Below, one piece after another: positions 1-12,429 of a stretch of 64,000 nt of DNA. The stretch lies in the NCBI RefSeq assembly GCF_006345805.1, contig NC_043005.1, forward strand, positions 7,192,001-7,256,000, in the 5' to 3' direction. Source of the DNA: Octopus sinensis. Its lineage: Eukaryota. Position numbers and translations under genes: made by a program. Under the pieces are notes generated by a model. That model did no database searches. It saw nothing but the letters and a program-made list of their open reading frames with translations, and was not told the origin of the DNA. The first letter of the stretch is position 1. Each line of letters begins with the position of its first letter.

Positions 1-191
1 AAATATATATGCATACATATATGTAATATATATATATATATATATATGTATATGTATAAATATACATACATATATGTATATGTATAAATATATATTATAT
101 ATATATATATATACATACATGTATGTATATGTATAAATATAAATATACATACATATATGGGCGCAGGAGTGGCTATATACATACATATATA

Positions 192-595
192 GGCGCAGGA
201 GTGGCTGTGTGGTAAGTAGCTTGCTAACCAACCACATGGTTCCGGGTTCAGTCCCACTGTGTTGCATCTTGGGCAAGTGTCTTCTGCTATAGCCCCGGGC
301 TGACCAATGCCTTGTGAGTGGATTTGGTAGACGGAAACTGAAAGAAGCCTGTCGTATATATGTATATATATATATGTATGTGTGTGTTTGTGTGTCTGTG
401 TTTGTCCCCATAGCATTGCTTGACAACCGATGCTGGTGTGTTTACGTACCCGTCACTTAGCGGTTCGGCAAAAAGAGACCGATGGAATAAGTACTGGGCT
501 TACAAAGAATAAGTCCCGGGGTCGATTTGCTCGACTAAAGGCGGTGCTCCAGCATGGCCGCAGTCAAATGACCGAAACAAGTAAAAGAGAAAGAG
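192..595 (+). mobile_element. SINE family A (tRNA head, CORE-like domain, internal TA/TG microsatellite), full length
   Basis: ggcgcaggagtggctgtgtggtaag head, B box ggttcagtccc, CORE-like cttgggcaagtgtctt, tail cagtcaaatgaccgaaacaagtaaaaga; more than 10 related copies in the window. Confidence 0.9.
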
Positions 596-624
596 AGAGT
601 ATATGTATATGTATAAATATATAA

Positions 625-665
<41 letters not shown>

Positions 666-878
666 ATCCAAAAAATGGAACAAGAATGCAACAGACAACA
701 ATCAAACATCCAGATAAATAGACAATGCGAAGATAGACAGAAAAGACAAAGATGAGTCATTTGCAGCCTCCTCCTCTCATCAGTCAAGTTACCAAATTAT
801 CCTAAGATCATTAAATTTTGAGGGGAGAAAACAAGCAAATGTGTATGACAACAAAGGCAAAAAAACGAAGAACATGTT

Positions 879-926
<48 letters not shown>

Positions 927-930
<4 letters not shown>

Positions 931-1805
931 TCATCATCATCATCATTAGATGTCCACTTTCCATACTGGCATGGGTTAGACAGTTTGACTGGAATTGGTA
1001 AGCCAGAGAGTTGCACCAGGTTCCAGTCTGATTTGGTATGATTTCTATGGTTGGATGCTCTCCCTGATGCTAACCACTTGAAAAATGTAATGGGTGATTT
1101 TTATATGCCACTAGCATAGGTACCATTTGCATGACACCAGTGGCAGCCACGACTACAATTTCATGGGTTTCATTTACATGGCACTGGCAATGGTCATGAC
1201 AACAGTTTCACTTGACTTGATGAGTCTTTTCAAGCACGGCATATTGCCATGGTCTTGGTCACTTGTCATTGCCTCTGTGAGACCTGACATTCAAAGATCA
1301 TGCTTCACCACCTTGTCCCTCACTTCTGTGAGACTCAACATTCAAAGATCATCCTTCAGTAACTCATCCCTTGCTTCTATGAGGCCCAACATTTGAAGAC
1401 CACAATTACAATTTCACGGGTGGCATTTACATGAGACCAGCAACAGCCATGACTGCAATTTCACTTAGCTTGTTGAGTGTTCTGAAGCACACCATAACAC
1501 CAAAGGTCTCAGTCACTAATCATCAGTTCCATGAGGCCCAACATTCAAAGATCATGCTTCACCACCTGATCCAATGTCTTCCTGGGTTCACCTATTCCGT
1601 AGGTTCCCTCCACAGTAAGAGATCGGCACTTCTTTACACAGCTGTTCTCCATATGCATCACATACCAGTGCATTCATCTTTCTTGAATACCACATCTGAT
1701 GCCTCTTGTGCCCAGTTTTTCTCTCAGCACACTTATGCTGTCACTCATGTACAATGACATTGCACATCCAGTGAAGCATACTAGCTTCCTTTCTTTCAAG
1801 CTCTC
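927..1805 (-). mobile_element. RTE-related short element with (GAT)n tail plus RTE LINE RT C-terminal fragment
   Basis: (cat)n followed by gtccacttttccatactggcatgggttagac; minus-strand peptide LERKEASMLHWMCNV typical of the RTE RT C-terminus; ~50-bp internal repeats at 1270-1400 and 1530-1570. Confidence 0.7.
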
Positions 1806-2645
1806 TGAACTTTGCCCTGCCTATTCTTCTAGCAGAATATCCACTTCCACTACTGACTTGGTTACTAAGATAACAGAAGCTATCAACTACTTCTCGGTAT
1901 CCCACTTGGTATTTGATGGAGTCTACTTTCTTTACATTTTTAGTGTCTATTGTACCTGTGCACCTGCCTGATATTGCTGCACCTCTCGTGTTCATAGCTT
2001 GCACAAGGTACATCTTATGGAGTTTCTACCTACACCATTTCTATATATCAAGCAGGGCCATCAATCTGAAGGGGTTTGTGATTTATCTGCTTTCCTGCAT
2101 ATATATATGTATATGTGTATATGTGTGTGAGTGTGTGTGTATGTGTGTGTGAGTGTACGTATATATAGTCAAATAAAAAAAACATAGAGGAAAAGAAAAA
2201 GAAAAAACAAACGAATGTGTGGATGTAGCACAAGCAATGTATTAATAAGACACTCAGGGAAAGAAAAGAGTAGTAGTTTTACATTCTCTCATTCTCACCT
2301 TCTCTCCTCTTTCACTTCACTCCGTCCCTTTTCTTTTTTCTCACCCCTCCCTAATTCTTCCATGCAACATCTACATTCCTCCCTATGCCTGTCATCTCTT
2401 ATGTCCCTGCCATAAGGCTTCACTTCCACACACGTCAGCTTAATTTAATTAATCCTTAGTCGAAAGACACTTGTTGTTAATGTCCTGTTATTTGTATTTG
2501 TGTACCATTTCTCCATTTTTTTTTGCCATCCTTGTTTTCATATACATTTGCTGCCACAATGACCATCTTCAACCTGCTACAAATAGCAACCAAACTTCCC
2601 ACAGGTCAGTTTCCACCTCAGAACAGAACACCTAAAGGCTATCAG

Positions 2646-2682
<37 letters not shown>

Positions 2683-3409
2683 CGTGAGAGAGAGAGAGTG
2701 TGTAGAAGCTATTGGGTGCATGCATATTGTGTGCAAGTAGTGTTGTGCATGTGTGTGTACTTCTGTCCTTTTTAGATGTATGTGTAAGAGGTAGTCAGAC
2801 AAGTGTGTATGCATGTGCAAGTATGATGCTATTGTGCGCATGTGTGTGAGTGTATGTAAGTAGTGTTTATGCATGAATATTGTGTTTATGTGTGTGGGTA
2901 TATGAGTCAGCGAGTATGTGTCACCATTTTCATTTGGTGTGTGAGTATAGAGCTGTTGGATAAAGTGTGTGGATATGAAACTAATGTGTCTACATATTCT
3001 GTGTATATGTATATGTAAGGGCACTAGTATGTGTGTGTGAGGCTATCTGATGTGTTGTCAGAGGATGTGTGTTGACCAGGTGGAATAGGGGTGACAAAGA
3101 GGTGGGTGCTGGGGGAGTGCATGCCAGATGCAGGTTGGGTGTGTGATTATATACTTGCTATTGTACATGTGGGAATGGAAGTGCTGGTGTGCGTGGAGTG
3201 GGAGAAATGTGTGTGCATGCGTGTGTGAATGCTAGTGTGTATGGAGTAGGAAAGAGCGTGTGTGTGTTTGTGTATGCATATCTATATATATGCTGTATGT
3301 GAGTAATGAGTTAAACAGAGCAGAGGTGTATATGGAGCAGTTAAGGAGGAGGCAGTGAGAGGTGAGAAGTGTGAAATGTGTGTAAATGTGTGTGGAGGTT
3401 CAGGTGAAA

Positions 3410-5243
3410 AGAGGTGGAGAACTGAGACTCTGAGGGACTGAGGTATGGAGAGAGGAAATAAATTCCTGCTCATGGTGGATTTGAGAGTCTGAGTGGTCTC
3501 TGTGTAAGGCCAGTTTCAACGCAGACAGATATTACAGGGAACGACTGGTCGAGTAAAAATGACACAAGACTGGGTATTATTTTTAAGTCTGATATACGGA
3601 AGATGTTCAGCAAACTGGTCAGCTAGGTATCAGCCAGTTTGACCAATGTACAGGTAGTGGCAGACAGAGAACAGAGGATGCAGCAGATCAAATTGCTGGC
3701 GGTGCAGGTGAATGAATTGGTGATGTGGTAGGGGCAGTAGTGGGTGTAGGTGAGGATACTAGTGTTGGAGAGGAAAGGACAGGTGTAGCAACATGGGCAA
3801 GGGAAAGAGCTTGGTTGAGTGGCAGGAGTGGGGAAAAACCTACAAACCAGATAGGTTATGGACACATTTGAAGGGGTGGGGGTTGAGGAAGATGAGGGAA
3901 GTGGATGGGTCAGACAAAAGCTGGTGGAAAGCATGTAAAATGGGGTGTTGGAAGGGTGGTAAGGGGAAAAGGGAAGCAGGTATAGGGAGAGAGAGTGGAT
4001 GCATGGTCAACAGACCAGGAATGAGCAAGGGTGGTTTGGATAATAGTGGGGTGGTATCCACTTTGGGTGAAGTGGAAAGCCATGAGATGGAACTGTGTTC
4101 TGAAGTCATGGTCATCATTACAGAGCCAGTGGAGACAGAGGAAGTGTGGGTAGGGTGGGAGGAGGAGAAGTTGAAGTAAGAGTGGGAGTCCGAGGGCTTA
4201 TAGTGGATGGAAGTGGAAAGAGAGGAGTGGTGGAGTGTAATGGAAATATCAAGATAGTTGACAGAGGTGGGGGAGGCAGAACAAGAAAATTCAAGGGTGG
4301 TATGAAAGGAGTGGATGAAAGGACAGAGTTAAGATGTTGATGAGAGAGTGAGTTCACGCAAATACAATTGTCAATGTAATGAACATATAGCTCAGGAGTG
4401 GAATAGGTGAACTGAGAGAAAATGTGGGCCTCATCATCATCATCATCATCATCATTTAGCATCCGCTTTCCATGCTAGCATGGGTTGGACGGTTCAACTG
4501 GGGTCTGGGAAGCCAGAAGGCTGCACCAGGCCCAGTCTGATCTAGCAGTGTTTCTACGGCTGGATGCCCTTCCTAACGCCAACCACTCTGTGAGTGTAGT
4601 GGGTGCTTTTTACGTGCCAGGCTAGGCTGGCAACGGCTACAGACGGATGGTGCTTTTTACGTGCCACCGGCACGGGGGCCAGGCAAGGCTGGCAACGGCC
4701 ACGATCGGATGGTGCTACGTGCCACTGGCACGGGGGCCAGGCGAGGCTGGCAACGGCCACGAACGGATGGTGCTATGTGCCACCGGCACGGGGGCCAGGC
4801 GAGGCTGGCAATGGCCACGAACGGATGGTGCTTTTTACGTGCCACCATAACCAACAAACAAGTTCATGCAGTTGGGGCTCATTCTTGTTCCCACAGCCGC
4901 TTCTGAGACCTGATGGTAAAACTCTCCAGTGAATGAGAAGAAAGTTAAGGAGAGGGTCAGTTCAGCCAAACAGAAGAGGGCAGAGGTATCAGGTTGAAGA
5001 TCAAGACAGGTCAAGGAAATGTTTTAATAGGAGAAGGCCATCATTATCAAGGATGACAGTATATAGAGATTTGATGTTGAGGGTGAAGAGTAATCTGGAG
5101 GAGCCGAGGAAGAAAGAGAATGAATTACAAAGACAAAGAGCATAGTTGATGTTGTGAATGAGGGGAGGGACCTCGCTGGGAGTTGGGATAGATGTTTGCA
5201 AGAAACAACTTGACCTGCAGCTGTCCAAGATCCCAGATGAACC
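3410..5243 (-). mobile_element. Decayed Penelope-like element (RT + GIY-YIG endonuclease)
   Basis: Minus-strand motifs LLFTLNIKSLYTVI, FYHQVSEAAVGTRMSPNCMNLFVGY, PELYVHYIDNC (YIDD), STSIHYKPSDSHSYFNFSSSHP, FPCPCCYTCPF...SFTCTASNLICCILCSL; many frameshifts; interrupted at 4431-4847. Confidence 0.85.
4431..4847 (-). mobile_element. RTE-tailed short element with GC-rich ~60-bp internal tandem array, nested in the Penelope-like RT
   Basis: (cat)n tail, gctggatgcccttcctaacgccaacc motif, about four units of gtgccaccggcacgggggccaggcgaggctggcaacggccacgaacggatggtgct; host frame resumes on both sides (FVGY / EAHIFSQF). Confidence 0.85.
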
Positions 5244-5399
5244 TACATAACAGCAAGAAACTCAAAGCAGAGCAGCAATATCAAACTCCCTCCTTCACCA
5301 AAAGCCAATCCCATAAGGAGGTCCATTGAAAAGGTGACAATACTGGTGGTGCCCCAGCATGGCCACAGCATTTGGGCTGAAACATAAAAAAATAATACA

Positions 5400-5685
5400 C
5401 ACACACACACATGTTCAAACACGTAAAATAATTTATTATACACTAAATTAAAATTACTATTACATGAAGAAGACTGAAACAGCCGTTACCCTTTGGATAT
5501 CAACTGGTGAAATAAATATATTCATCTCTCATACCTCCTGACTTTTTATGTTCAATGTATGTAATTATGTATGTGTGTGTGTAATTATATTCAGCCGTTT
5601 TCTGGCATCTTACATATTGATATGCCTCAATTCTTAATGAATTCATATAACTGTTTCAATCTTCTTAACTATATGAATGAATATA

Positions 5686-5730
<45 letters not shown>

Positions 5731-7030
5731 CACATACATACACACACATATATCTCCATACAGTTATAAGTATTCATTCAGAAGTGAGGCATATCAAGAT
5801 GCCAGAAAATGGCTAAATGATAGTGAAAGAATACAACATTGTAAACAAAATCTGTCAGAAAATTATAGTTATGTAAATACCAAATCCAGTAAAACCACCA
5901 ACAATCCAACTCACTGGTGGATCTTAGATGCAGTGTAAGTATAAAATAGTAACACATAAATGGCGTCTAAATTAGCAACAGTTGTTTCAGTAGAATTTTA
6001 TTCAATGTAGTCATAAGAAATTGCCTAATATTATATGATTCCATCATCATAAGGCATAATTTAAAAAGTCAACCAGTGACACAGCCTATTTAGTTCTGCT
6101 AGTTTATAGAAGAGAAAGTAGGTGTGGGCTAAATAGGCAATTAACAAACATAGAAAATCATGGAAAAATACAATAAAACAAACCAAATTTATAGTCCAAC
6201 ATAGTGACATAAAAAATAGCTGAGGTTGCTATAAACAAAGTGGTACCAAGGTGTATATTAAATGGAGATCAAATACATAGTAGATTTCGCATTCATTAAA
6301 CGGAATCAAATACAAGCGAGTTCAGTCAACCACAAAGCTTTAAAATTGTTCATTATCACTCCTCCATATCCACATGTAAGCACAATAGATACACACATAA
6401 AAATATATACACTCATACACAAAGACCATGTAACTTCAGGTTTATCATATCACCCAAATGTATTTCTTGAATACACTTGTGGTAGAGTCAATGTAGGTAA
6501 ATGTTCTATAGAAAATAGTTTTAGTTAGGCATAATTTATTAAGGCGGCATTGAAATTTGTTTCTACAATTACATAACACTGGAGGTGGACGGATGTTAAT
6601 GTCACAGGTATTATTTACATTCCTACCACCAATATTATTCCTTAAAATATAAATATGCATCAATATTACCATTCCCAATACTCTATTATTATCACCATTT
6701 CAATCTATATTAAAACTACTGCAAGCACTTTGGCATAAAAACATCATTGGTCAAGCTAACATTAAATGTTACTATCACTGTTGCTAGCATCACTGGTGCT
6801 GTGGAGGCTGATCACATTGCCTGTACATATATCACAGTTGGAAAATGTAGTAGAGGCTGACAGATACTTTCATAAGGACTGCTACAGGCAATTCCACTGT
6901 CAATAACACTCTAAGGGTTGTATAATGGTAGAGAACTATTAAAATCACATCTCATTCTATTCTCGTTAGGAGCAACATTGGTAACATTTCCAGTATTATT
7001 GACATCAGAATTACTGTGGCTAATATTATT
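5400..7030 (-). mobile_element. Highly decayed second Penelope-like element (GIY-YIG region) with terminal inverted duplication
   Basis: ORF 6445-6678 contains CNCRNKFQCRLNKLCLTKTIFY...KKYIW, resembling the CNCR-x-CPL-x-CL / YIG region of PLE endonucleases; inverted repeat 5591-5655 vs 5760-5815. Confidence 0.55.
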
Positions 7031-7039
7031 AGTTTTGTC

Positions 7040-8321
7040 ATCGTAAAAAGTTGTCTAATGCCTGGAAAACGTAACAGTCAGTTGGTGCAAGGTCTGGTGA
7101 ATATGGTGGATGACAGAATACTTCCAAGTTCAGTTCTTGCAACTTGAGTAGTGTTCTTTGTGCAACATGTGGTCAAGCATTGGCTTATAAGAGAATTAGT
7201 CTGTCTCTATTGACCAATCTCAGTTGTTTAATTTCAAGTTCACTCATCATTTCATCCAACTGGTTAAGGTATACATCTGCTGTAATTGATTTACCAGGTC
7301 TCATGAAGCTGTAGTGGATGACACCAGCATTGAACCACCAAACAGACACCATTAGCGTTTTTGGTGAATATTCTTTTTTGGATTGTGTTTTAGCACGTCA
7401 TCAGCATCCAACCACCATGCAGAATCCTTGCTAAGGCGGCAAGCTGGCAGAATCGTTAGCACGCCGGGCGAAATGCGTAGCCGTATTTCGTCTGCTATTA
7501 CGTTCTGAGTTCAAATTCCGCCGAGGTCGACTTTGCCTTTCATCCTTTCGGGGTCGATAAATTAAGCACCAGTTACGCACTGGGGTCGATGTAATCGACT
7601 TAGTCCCTCTGTCTGTCCTTGTTTGTCCCCTCTATGTTTAGCCCCTTGTGGGCAATAAAGAAATAAGAATCCTTGCTATTGTTGAAAAGAATCCATTTTT
7701 TATCACACGTAAGAATATGATGCAAAAATGGTTCGCTTTTATGCCGGAACAGCAAGTCTGAAGACAACGTGTGATTTGATGCTTGTTTGGTTCATGTGGT
7801 ACCCACTTGTCCAGTTTCTTTACCTTGCCGATTTGTTTCAAATGGCACTAAAATCAAACTTTGCTGCTAACTCACTTGTAGTTAGAGATGTAATCACTTC
7901 CATTACAGTTTCCAGCTCATCTTTATCCACCTTGGTCTCAGGTCTACCATGAGTATGATTTTCAAGAGTAAGGTCACAAGAGCGGAACTTCTCAAACTAT
8001 TGATGTACAATACACTCAATCGCCATGTCTTCACCAAACACCTCATTGATGTGTGGAGCTGTCTGCGATGCACTGATTCCACAATGGAACTCATATTCAT
8101 AAACAACATGAATTTTTGATCAATTCAAAGGTTCACAAAAAATGATTTACAAGAGAAAACTCACAATATAATCAGACACCATGAACTGCATTTCAAAATG
8201 TGATGATGTAATTCTTCAATGTTGTAAAAGAAAGGATATTGTCAGGATAAAACATTAGAGTTACTGACTGTCAAACTTGTTACACATGAAAATTGGACAT
8301 TTCGTTCTTAATGACCTGATA
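7040..8321 (-). mobile_element. Decayed mariner transposon
   Basis: Minus-strand KLDKWVPHE, TCDKKWI (DEKW-like), VSVWW, HPPYSPDLAP-like remnant near 7080-7110; one TIR-like end at 8292-8321; interrupted by a SINE. Confidence 0.85.
7434..7665 (+). mobile_element. SINE family M (Meta-core-like), full length with 13-bp TSD
   Basis: ggcggcaagctggcagaatcg head, gttcaaattcc B box, gcctttcatcctttcggggtcgataaa core; TSD agaatccttgcta at 7421-7433 and 7666-7678. Confidence 0.9.
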
Positions 8322-8345
8322 TACATACATGTATTCACATATATG

Positions 8346-8386
<41 letters not shown>

Positions 8387-8389
<3 letters not shown>

Positions 8390-8712
8390 TTCTGTGCCGG
8401 TGGCACATAAAAAGCACCATCCGAACGTTGCCAGCGCCGCTTTGGCTGGCTTCCGTGCCGCTGGCTTCTGTGCCGCTGGCACGTTAAAAGCTCCAATCGA
8501 TGGTGGCTGATGCCGGACCCCCCCTGGCACCTGTGCAGGTGGCACGTAAAAAGCACCCACTACATTCGCGGAGTGGTTGGCGTTAGGAAAGGCATCCAGC
8601 CATAGAAACTCTGCCAGATCAGACTGGAGCAGCCCCTGGCTTCCCAGACCCCGGTCAAACCGTCCAACCCGTGCTAGCGCGGAAAACGGACATTAAACGA
8701 TGATTATGATGA

Positions 8713-8716
<4 letters not shown>
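8387..8716 (+). mobile_element. RTE-tailed short element
   Basis: gtgccggtggcac repeats, ggcgttaggaaaggcatccagc, ends cattaaacgatgattatgatgat; same family as 4431-4847. Confidence 0.8.
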
Positions 8717-8746
<30 letters not shown>

Positions 8747-9772
8747 ACACACACACACACAAATGTGGGAAACACCAAGCACTTATACGAGAGGGTTCCT
8801 CAAGGCTAATAACACAGTATTTGGTGTTCTAACAAGGCATCCATGTTACATTGGATATAAAAATTAGTTTTTGGTATTAATACTGCTTCCATTGATAATA
8901 ATAAATTTTTAATGAACTTGCTGGCTAGTTACAATATCAGCAGCTGAAAGAATGCTGATATTCTGTATATCATAGCAGCAAGATATAACTGGTACACAGT
9001 GACAAGTTCATTCTCTGGACTGAATGGCCTAAACAGGACAGGAGGAAATAGGTGGGATAAAGAGTCGCTGAAGAGGTCACAGGATGTGTGAAGAAAGATT
9101 TAAGACAAATGGCACTAAAATAAGAACAATAATAATGATAAAATGAAGGATGAGTATATAGTGCGTCTGTTTATTTGGCACAAAAAATGACCATCCTGAA
9201 ATATAACAATACATAAAACGGACGTTAAACGATGATGATGATGATGATTATGAAACGTAGCAGTGCATTGTGTTCTTGAAAGCAATACTTCATTTTGCAT
9301 TGCTCTGCGATCATTTGTACATTTGGTGTGTGGCACACTTGTGTACTTGTACAGGCAATGGTGAGAGAGTAAGCTTATGTAGACAAAAATGTTTGATCAC
9401 TAGAAACAAATCCACTTTGTGGTTGTTCAGCAAAAAAAAAAAAAATCTCTGAACCCTCATCTGTCATCTCACAATGGGAGAATCCATAAAATATGTGTGT
9501 TTGTGTGTTTGAAGAAAATCGCTCACCAACAACAAACTCCTGGAGGATAAGCAAAATAATCAACGAACAATTCCAAAGTGTTTTCACCTTCTCACTACTG
9601 GGAAATATGCAAATAAACAAACCTGATGGGTTCTTCAACATTGCAGATCCACAATGCGAAGAGAAAACCATTGATTACATTGAAATGAAAGGAAGGAATG
9701 TAATATGAAACATTGGTGAAATTAGTTTGAACTTAATGACAGATCCTGATGGGTTTCCAATTATTCTTTTAA

Positions 9773-9994
9773 CCCTTTAGTGTTTAAACCGGCCCTATCC
9801 GGCCAAAATATTCTACCTGTTTTATGTTCAAACTAGTCAGATATGGTCATTCATAGCTACCTAATTGTGTCATTTAAAAAAAATAAACAATCACATCATT
9901 GAAATCTCAAAGCCATGAAATGATGCAAAATTAATTTTACATGGTGTGAATACATAAGCTTTACATTTGACAGAATAATTTGAATGCTAAAGGG
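9773..9994. mobile_element. piggyBac-type MITE
   Basis: TTAA duplicated on both sides; TIRs ccctttag / ctaaaggg; second copy at 57151-57371. Confidence 0.85.
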
Positions 9995-10391
9995 TTAAAG
10001 TCATGTAAGAAAGTTCTTACAAAACCATTCCAGAAACATTTCTAGTGGCAAAACTTGGCATCATATGCTCTGTGTATGAAGAACGGAGCAGAACAGATGC
10101 TAAGTATTACAGTCCTATCTCTCTGACTTTACAAATCAGCATGTGAGAAGTGTGGATGTAATATATCTCAACTTTGCAGAGGCTTTTGATAAAGTTGGTC
10201 ATAGGATAATATGTAACATATTGCATGACCTTGGAAAACTAAGGGAGCAGCTACATGACTTTTTTAAAAGATAGGAAACAGACAGTTGCAGCCACTGATG
10301 CTCTTTCTTGGTAGACATTGATTCTAAATGGATTCTTTCACAGAATTGTACTGGGACTACTACTGTTTGTGGAGGCTCTGTCAGATATGCC

Positions 10392-10607
10392 TATTACTTT
10401 ACTATCCACAACGGGCTAAACACAGAGGGGACAAACAAGGACAGACAAACGGATTAAGTCGATTACATCAACCCTAGTGTGTAACTGGTACTTAATTTAT
10501 CGACCCCGAAAGGATGAAAGGCAAAGGAATTTGAACTCAGAATGCAGCGGCAGACAAAATACCACAAAGCATTTCGCCCGGCGTGCTAACGTTTCTGCCA
10601 GCTTGCC
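10392..10607 (-). mobile_element. SINE family M with 17-bp TSD
   Basis: Reverse complement of 7434-7665; TSD gctctgtcagatatgcc at 10375-10391 and 10608-10624. Confidence 0.9.
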
Positions 10608-10958
10608 GCTCTGTCAGATATGCCATCAGTCATCTAGTTAGCCACTCTCACCAGTTATGCTGATGATACAAAAATATTGCAAGCAGCAAGGACACTGATG
10701 ATAACAGAAAACTGAACACAATACAGAAGTAAGCTAAAGAAAACAACATGCAGTTCAATACTGAAATATTTCAGGTACTCCGATATACTGTCCTTCTCTG
10801 ACAAAACACAGAATGCCGAAAAACAAGAATCTGAGATAATTGCTAAAAGCTGAAAAAGTTATAGTCATCTATACTTTGGAAACCTGGAGCAATGCAATTA
10901 AGTTTCAAATATACTACTGAGACCTATGACTATGACATGCTTAGTATTAATGAGGTAT

Positions 10959-11343
10959 GATGGAAGCACTCCGTCGGTTACGATGACGAGGGTTCCGGTT
11001 GATCCAATCAACGGAACAGCCTGCTCGTGAAATTAACGTGTAAGTGGCTGAGCACTCCACAGACACGTGTACCCTTAACGTAGTTCTCGGGGATATTCAG
11101 CGTGACACAGAGAGTGACAAGGCCGGCCCTTTGAAATACAGGTACAACTGAAACAGAAAGTAAGAGTGAGAGAAAGTTGTGGTGAAAGAGTACAGCAGGG
11201 ATCACCACCATCCCTGCCGGAGCCTCGTGGAGCTTTAAGTGTTTTCGCTCAATAAACACTCACAACGCCCGGTCTGGGAATCGAAACCGCGATCCTTTGA
11301 CCGCGAGTCCGCTGCCCTAACCACTGGGCCATTGCGCCTCCTT
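10959..11343 (-). mobile_element. tRNA-derived SINE, head H1 + tail T1 (resembles octopus OR-type SINEs)
   Basis: Minus-strand A box tggcccagtgg, B box gtttcgattcc; TSD atgaggtat at 10950-58 and 11345-53; tail shared with 41304-41625. Confidence 0.85.
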
Positions 11344-12029
11344 TATGAGGTATAGTCAGTCCAAGGATTCCAAGAAAGCACAGTAAGTCGACTCCTTGTG
11401 TTTTGTCAGAGAATGGCACTACCAACCCCCGAATTGCAATCAGAATAAATGGCATATGGCAGTATTGCAATCACAAAATCAGAGTCAGGGTGTAAACTAG
11501 AAATTGAGATAAATAGTGATGTACAATACCATGCAGCTATTACTAAAACGACAACAAAGTGTTGGTGACTGACTGGAAACATAAAAAAAAATCATCAAAT
11601 TTAGCTTGAACACCCTGAATTTGCCTTACGTTCTGCTGTTAGTTTGGTGTTTTTGTGACAACCATAACCAGAAGTATTCTAGGCACCTGAGTACAAATTT
11701 TCCCTGTAAGAGCAACATGATTTTTTTCCCCCATATTCTGAATGATTTCAGAATCCAAACAGTCAGTCACCAACACTTTGTATCCAGATTGTTGCCATAG
11801 TAATGAAGCTGAAGCAATGCAGAGTGAGGCTGCTTGGCATAGATTGACCTTGAACTCTGCTGTACATGTGCACTAAGTTTTAACATCCTAGCTCACATCC
11901 ACTGTTTACAGCAGTGCTTGGAAGAAAGGTGTGTAGCATGTGATCATTGCATTGACCATGACAGAGGAAGTTAAGCAGAGAATCTGCGTTGAATTTTGCC
12001 AACAATTTTGATGGTCACTAAGGAAATTA

Positions 12030-12420
12030 GGCATTGATGAATGAAATGTGAGAGCTGTGCAAGCCATGTACAAGGATGCAGTAAAGTGAGAGTCAACGAC
12101 TTAAGGAGGAATTTAGTGTGAGTGTTGGAGTTCACCAAGGTTCAGTTCTCAGTCCCCTACTATTCATCATAGTACTACAAGCCATCACAGAGGACTTTAT
12201 GATTGGCAGGTCATAGTAACTCTAATATGCTGGTGACCTAGTTCACATAACAGAATCCACCGGGGGGGGGGGGTTAGAGAAGAAATTCCAGGCATAGAAG
12301 CAAAACCTGGCATTGAGAGGCCTTAAGATAAACCTAGAAAAGACAAAGATTTTAGTAAGTGGGGTAAAAAAAAACAGGACCCTTGCTTGATACGCAGAAA
12401 ATGGCCTTGCTTGATATGGA
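12030..12420 (+). mobile_element. RTE LINE RT fragment
   Basis: VGVHQGSVLSPLLFIIVLQAITE ... YAGDLV (YADD-like) ... GLKINLEKTK. A short mariner 5' remnant (MTEEVKQRICVEFC) precedes it at about 11780-12010. Confidence 0.8.
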
Positions 12421-12429
12421 AGTATCTTG

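Larger units (their letters stand above)
9500..10790 (+). mobile_element. Decayed CR1-type LINE RT fragment with two nested insertions
   Basis: ISKIINEQFQSVFT, YSPISLT, VDVIYLNFAEAFDKV, LTSYADDTKI motifs with frameshifts; homologous to 27640-28980. Confidence 0.8.

Noticed and set aside
4610-4847. CRISPR-like array of palindromic repeats
   Set aside because: Spacers are homologous to each other, the array sits in a eukaryotic retroelement, and there are no cas genes.
10695-10712. CTGATGA...GAAA hammerhead-like string; also CTGATGA at 777-783 (-) and 56966
   Set aside because: No stem II or no GAAA at the right distance; the first lies inside CR1 RT coding sequence.
11270-11340. tRNA genes (also 41304-41375 and 55626-55698)
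   Set aside because: A and B boxes are present but acceptor stems do not pair and each continues into a SINE body.
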